A stretch of DNA of 64,000 nucleotides from Eubacteriales bacterium. Its GTDB lineage: Bacteria > Bacillota > Clostridia > Oscillospirales > CAG-272. The stretch is taken from contig JAZTXV010000014.1 of assembly GCA_045636605.1 (NCBI GenBank), positions 44,557 to 108,556 of the forward strand. The letters are read 5' to 3'. The position numbers and the translations under genes are program-made. Each line of letters starts with the position of its first letter. Positions within the stretch are counted from its first letter, which is position 1. The notes under the pieces were generated by a model, which was not told the origin of the DNA, did no database searches, and saw only the letters and a program-made list of their open reading frames with translations. This document shows, one piece after another, positions 59,588 through 64,000 of this stretch.

Positions 59588-62500
59588 ATGAAAAGGAAAG
59601 CGAAAAGACTACTGGCATTCTTTCTTTGTGCTTTGATGATTATCGGCGCAATAGCGATGCCCGTATCTGCCGCCACCGAAAGCGGCTCGTCGTCCGGAAA
59701 CAAGGTTTCGATTTCTGACGTAAGCGAGATTTTGAATGCTCTGTCTTACCAGGAATATCAGGACAAGTACAAGGACTACGAGGACAAGACGGAGGGAATG
59801 ACCGATGTCGTCATTGATATAAATGATGATATGGTTAAGGATTCCACAACCGCAATTGTCGAAAGGGTGGACGGCTACTACGGTAAGGACGACGTTTTAA
59901 GGATCGCCGATACCGGAAAGGTAACGTGGAAATTCACGGTGCCTGTAAGTGGACTTTACCAAATTGACATTCCGTACTGTCAAATCGTTGGTAAAACCAC
60001 ATCTATTGAGCGTGTATTCTCAATCAACGGTGAAATCCCGTTTGCCGAGGCCCGCTCTGTCATTCTTTCAAAGGTTTGGAAGTATGATTACCAATATGTT
60101 ACCGATGAAAACGGTAACCAAATTCCCGGCTTTAAGCTTGACGGAAACGGAAATGACATCCGTCCCGCAGTAAAGGAGGATCCAAAGTGGGTTACCTTCA
60201 CAATGCAGGACGCAGACGGTCACTATACAGAGCCGTTTGAGTTCTTCTTCAAGGCAGGAGAAAACACCATCACTCTCGAAAGCACAAGAGAGCCCGCAGT
60301 ATTCGGAGATATCGTTCTTCGTCCAAGCGCAAAGGTTACAATTCCTACATATGAGGAATACGTTGCTCAGCACGGAGATATCGCAGCGAATACCCCAAGC
60401 TCAGGTGTTATCTTTATCGAGGGCGAAAACGTAAAGAACACATCAAGCGTTACAATCTATCCCTTACAGGACAGAACCTCGCCTATCACAAGCGGACTTA
60501 CAGGCTCGCAGTCTGCAAAGGTACAGAAGTACAATATTGCAGGCGGCACTCAGTGGAGCACCGTTGGCGAGTGGATCACCTACGAGGCGAAGGTTACCGA
60601 AAGCGGCTACTACGGCATCGTGTTCCGCTATAAGCAGGACCTTCTCAGTGGTATGTACGTATCCCGTAAGGTGTACATTGATGACCAGCTTCCGTTCGTT
60701 GAGGCAGCAAACTGCCGTTTCGACTACACAACAGACTGGCAAACAAAGTACATAGGCGACAAGGTAAATGACGAGGACAGAGCCTTCTATTTCTACCTTG
60801 AGGCAAGAGAGGAGCCTTATACCATTAAGTTTGAGGCATCTCTTTCCGACATGGCGCCACAGATAAGACAAATCTCTAATACGCTTGCTAAGCTTAATGC
60901 GGCGTACCTTGAGATTATCAAGCTCACAGGTAGTGATCCCGACGAGAACCAATCCTACAAATTCTCAGAGGTAATGCCTGACGTTCTTGAAACAATGATG
61001 GTTGAGTCAATCAACCTCAAGAGAGTATTCAATTATCTCTCCAACACAACAAAGCTGAAGGGCGAGAATACAGCGACTCTTGAGCAGCTCTACATTCTTC
61101 TTAATAAGATGGCGAGCGACGAAAGAGAAATCGCAGGCAACCTCGAAACCTTCAAAACACAGCTCGGCTCACTTGGTACGTGGATAACCAGAGTATCGGC
61201 GCAGCCGCTGAAGCTTGACTATTTACAGGTCCAACCGGCTAATTCGGAGCTACCAAAGAGCGACGGTAACTTCTTCCAAAAGCTATGGTACGAGCTGTCG
61301 ATGTTCATTTACAGCTTTATAACGGACTACAACTCACTCGGTGCAGAGGATAGCGATAGTAGTGATGACGACGAAAACAAGCCTATCCAGGTATGGGTTG
61401 CAACGGGTAGAGACCAAGCACAAGTAATGAGAAGCCTTATAGATAACGATTTTACCCCCAAAACAGGTATATCGGCAAACCTTAAGCTCGTTTCAGGAGG
61501 AACACTTCTTCCATCGGTATTGGCGGGAGCAGGTCCCGACGTTTCACTTATGGAGGCGAGCGCATCAATTATCGACTTCGCTCTTCGTAGCGCAGTTTTA
61601 CCACTTAATGAATACATTGAAAACGACAGTGAGGACGTTCTTTCGTGGTTCCCTGAGGTTGCAATCACACCTCTTACACTCCACGATAACTCAGAGGACG
61701 CAGATGTAGAGTACAGCTATTACGGACTTCCCGATAAGCTCAGCTTCTCAATGCTCTTCTACCGTAAGGACGTTTTGGCAGACCTCGAGCTCGATATTCC
61801 GGAGACGTGGGATGACGTTTTGGCTATGGTTCCCGTTCTTCAATACAACAACATGCAGATCGGTATTCAAAACGATATCTACACCTTCATCTATCAAAGC
61901 AATAACGAGGTATATAAGAACGGCGGTATGCAGATCAACTTTGATAACACAGGCGTTCTTAGTGCATTCACCAAGCTTTGTAACATGTACACGCAATATT
62001 CGCTTCCTACCGTTTACGATTTCGCAAACCGTTTCAGAACGGGTGAGATGCCAATCGGTATTGCGGATTACTCAACGTGTAACCAGCTCACACTTTTCGC
62101 ATCCGAGCTTTCGGGACTTTGGGGCTTCACAGTTCTTCCGGGCTATGAGCACGAAAATCCCGACGGAACAAAGTACATAAACAACAGCGCTATTGCAACC
62201 GTAACAGGATGTATTATGCTTAAGGGCTGCGAAAAGGGCCAGAAGGCGTGGGAGTTTATGAAATGGTACGTAGGTAAGGACTGTCAGGTTGCATACACCA
62301 ATGAAATGGTATCAATTCAGGGTATTGCAGGCCGTCACCCAACACCTAACACCGAGGCAATCAAGGAAATTCCTTGGACAAACGAGGAAAGAGATGCAAT
62401 TCTCGAGCAGTTTAACAATCTTGCGGCAGTTCCCAACTATCCGGGAAGCTACTATCTTGCAAGATACGTAAACTTCGCATTCCTTGCAGCATACAACGAG

Positions 62501-62638
62501 CAGAAGAACCCCGGCGACTCACTTCTTTCATATGTTCCCGCTATCAATAAGGAAATTACCAGAAGAAGAATTGAGTTCGATATGGACTACATCGACGTTG
62601 TAACGGGCGAAAAAATCATCGTTAGCAAACAAAAATAA
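59588..62638 (+). CDS. Large (about 1016 aa) extracellular solute-binding protein with N-terminal CBM-like domains
   Basis: RBS GGAGG before ATG 59588; signal peptide; C-terminal family-1 SBP motifs LFYRKD, IPETWDD, AWEFMKW. Confidence 0.88.
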   Translation: MKRKAKRLLAFFLCALMIIGAIAMPVSAATESGSSSGNKVSISDVSEILNALSYQEYQDKYKDYEDKTEGMTDVVIDINDDMVKDSTTAIVERVDGYYGKDDVLRIADTGKVTWKFTVPVSGLYQIDIPYCQIVGKTTSIERVFSINGEIPFAEARSVILSKVWKYDYQYVTDENGNQIPGFKLDGNGNDIRPAVKEDPKWVTFTMQDADGHYTEPFEFFFKAGENTITLESTREPAVFGDIVLRPSAKVTIPTYEEYVAQHGDIAANTPSSGVIFIEGENVKNTSSVTIYPLQDRTSPITSGLTGSQSAKVQKYNIAGGTQWSTVGEWITYEAKVTESGYYGIVFRYKQDLLSGMYVSRKVYIDDQLPFVEAANCRFDYTTDWQTKYIGDKVNDEDRAFYFYLEAREEPYTIKFEASLSDMAPQIRQISNTLAKLNAAYLEIIKLTGSDPDENQSYKFSEVMPDVLETMMVESINLKRVFNYLSNTTKLKGENTATLEQLYILLNKMASDEREIAGNLETFKTQLGSLGTWITRVSAQPLKLDYLQVQPANSELPKSDGNFFQKLWYELSMFIYSFITDYNSLGAEDSDSSDDDENKPIQVWVATGRDQAQVMRSLIDNDFTPKTGISANLKLVSGGTLLPSVLAGAGPDVSLMEASASIIDFALRSAVLPLNEYIENDSEDVLSWFPEVAITPLTLHDNSEDADVEYSYYGLPDKLSFSMLFYRKDVLADLELDIPETWDDVLAMVPVLQYNNMQIGIQNDIYTFIYQSNNEVYKNGGMQINFDNTGVLSAFTKLCNMYTQYSLPTVYDFANRFRTGEMPIGIADYSTCNQLTLFASELSGLWGFTVLPGYEHENPDGTKYINNSAIATVTGCIMLKGCEKGQKAWEFMKWYVGKDCQVAYTNEMVSIQGIAGRHPTPNTEAIKEIPWTNEERDAILEQFNNLAAVPNYPGSYYLARYVNFAFLAAYNEQKNPGDSLLSYVPAINKEITRRRIEFDMDYIDVVTGEKIIVSKQK

Positions 62639-62669
62639 GTCGGAAAAATACTTGTAAAGGAGAAAACTA

Positions 62670-63716
62670 ATGGAAAATAAAAAATCACCATTACGCACCA
62701 TCAAAACGGCAGAATTTAATAGAATTTATGCCGAGTGTGCGGCAGAACCAAGTACCGGCAAAAGAAACGATGATTCAAGCGGCAAAAGAGCAGTCGCAAG
62801 AAAAGACATGACAATGGCACAATGGACAATAAAGGAAATGAAGAGAAATAAGGTTGCATACTTTATGATCGCGCCCTTTATGTTCGTGTTCGTGCTTTTC
62901 ACACTTTTCCCCGTACTTCTATCATTCATACTCAGCTTCACCTCATTCAATATGCTTGAGATTGGCTGGGACATATTCATCGGCATTGACAACTACACAA
63001 GATTGTTCTTTGAGGACGATATCTTCCTTCAGGCTTGTAAGAACACGCTCGTATTCGCAATGGTTATAGGCCCTGTTTCCTATATTCTTTCATTCCTCGT
63101 TGCGTGGTTCATTAACGAGCTTGCGCCGAAGGTAAGAGCTCTTGTTACCCTCGTATTCTATGCGCCATCAATCTCAGGCGGAGCATACACCATTTGGAGC
63201 GCGCTCTTCTCAGATGACGCATACGGTTGGGTAAACGGTACGCTTCTTGACCTTGGAATGCTTGACACCCCTGTGCTTTGGTTCCACGACGAAAAATATG
63301 CTATGACGCTTTGTATTGTCGTTGCGCTCTGGATGTCACTCGGTACAGCCTTCCTTTCCTTCATCGGAGGACTTCAAACCCTTGATAAGAATCAATTTGA
63401 GGCTGCCGCCATCGACGGCGTTAAGAACAGATGGCAGGAGCTTTGGTACATAACACTACCACAAATGAAGAACCACCTTATGTTCGGTGCGGTAATGTCA
63501 ATTACAGGTGCCTTCAACTTCGGTGGCGTTGTAACACAGCTTTGCGGATTCCCATCAGTTAACTATTCGTGTCATACCATTATGCACTGTATCGACGACT
63601 ATGGAAATCAGCGCTGGGAGGTAGGATATGCCTCCTCAATCGCATTCATTTTGTTCCTTATTATGATAGGCGCAAATATGCTTGTTAAAAAATTACTTTC
63701 AAAGGTGGGACAATGA
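62670..63716 (+). CDS. Carbohydrate ABC transporter permease 1
   Basis: GIDNY, EAA motif FEAAAIDG, ITLP. Confidence 0.93.
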   Translation: MENKKSPLRTIKTAEFNRIYAECAAEPSTGKRNDDSSGKRAVARKDMTMAQWTIKEMKRNKVAYFMIAPFMFVFVLFTLFPVLLSFILSFTSFNMLEIGWDIFIGIDNYTRLFFEDDIFLQACKNTLVFAMVIGPVSYILSFLVAWFINELAPKVRALVTLVFYAPSISGGAYTIWSALFSDDAYGWVNGTLLDLGMLDTPVLWFHDEKYAMTLCIVVALWMSLGTAFLSFIGGLQTLDKNQFEAAAIDGVKNRWQELWYITLPQMKNHLMFGAVMSITGAFNFGGVVTQLCGFPSVNYSCHTIMHCIDDYGNQRWEVGYASSIAFILFLIMIGANMLVKKLLSKVGQ

Positions 63717-63717
63717 T

Positions 63718-64000
63718 ATGCAGAAAATGAGAGTCAGAAACCACCAGGTCGTTCTCAACCGTTCGGTAGGAGGCGACACGGGAATATTCGTATTCCTCGC
63801 AATCATGGGCGTATTTATGTTCTTGCCTATGTACTACGTAGTAATCCAATCCCTTAAGCCTCTTGATGAGCTTTGGGTATTCCCGCCGAGATTCTACGTT
63901 GCAAAGCCGACCTTCGGCAACTTCGGCGACCTTTTCTACCTGCTTAGCGATTCTTGGGTTCCGTTCTCAAGATACATCTTCAACACTGTGCTTATCACAG
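63718..64000 (+). CDS. Carbohydrate ABC transporter permease 2 (truncated by right edge)
   Basis: Manual translation MQKMRVRN...FLPMYYVVIQSLKPLDELWVFPPRF...RYIFNT. Confidence 0.85.
   Translation, partial: MQKMRVRNHQVVLNRSVGGDTGIFVFLAIMGVFMFLPMYYVVIQSLKPLDELWVFPPRFYVAKPTFGNFGDLFYLLSDSWVPFSRYIFNTVLIT

Overview
Mostly core chromosome of a spore-forming Clostridia-type Firmicute (spoIIR, spoVM and remA present; an Oscillospirales-like gut/rumen lineage is my inference). Left to right: an AgrC/AgrA-like GHKL kinase and LytTR regulator divergent from a two-gene ABC exporter; a membrane protein; a three-gene phage-derived switch with no integrase or structural genes (CI/LexA-like repressor, Zn-finger protein, RinA/DUF1492-like activator); araD; the S10-spc-alpha ribosomal protein superoperon (rpsJ to rplQ); a Cys/His-repeat surface protein; pfkA, cinA-C, a tiny lipoprotein and spoIIR; the yicC-remA-gmk-rpoZ-priA-def-fmt-rsmB-rlmN-prpC-prkC-rsgA-spoVM cluster; the deo/cdd/pdp nucleoside catabolism operon; an E2-like protein, hpf, PPi-PFK and DUF1846; a cluster of mosaic palindromic repeats; recG; a ROK kinase; and the start of a carbohydrate ABC locus. 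I saw no rRNA, tRNA, CRISPR array or transposase. The most unusual items are (1) the orphan phage-like switch with three 15-bp operators and a long structured leader, (2) the chimeric hairpin repeat cluster at 55251-55671, (3) a PrkC kinase lacking TM/PASTA domains but ending in an amphipathic helix, and (4) the nine-repeat Cys/His surface protein. All family calls come from motif recognition by eye, not database searches.
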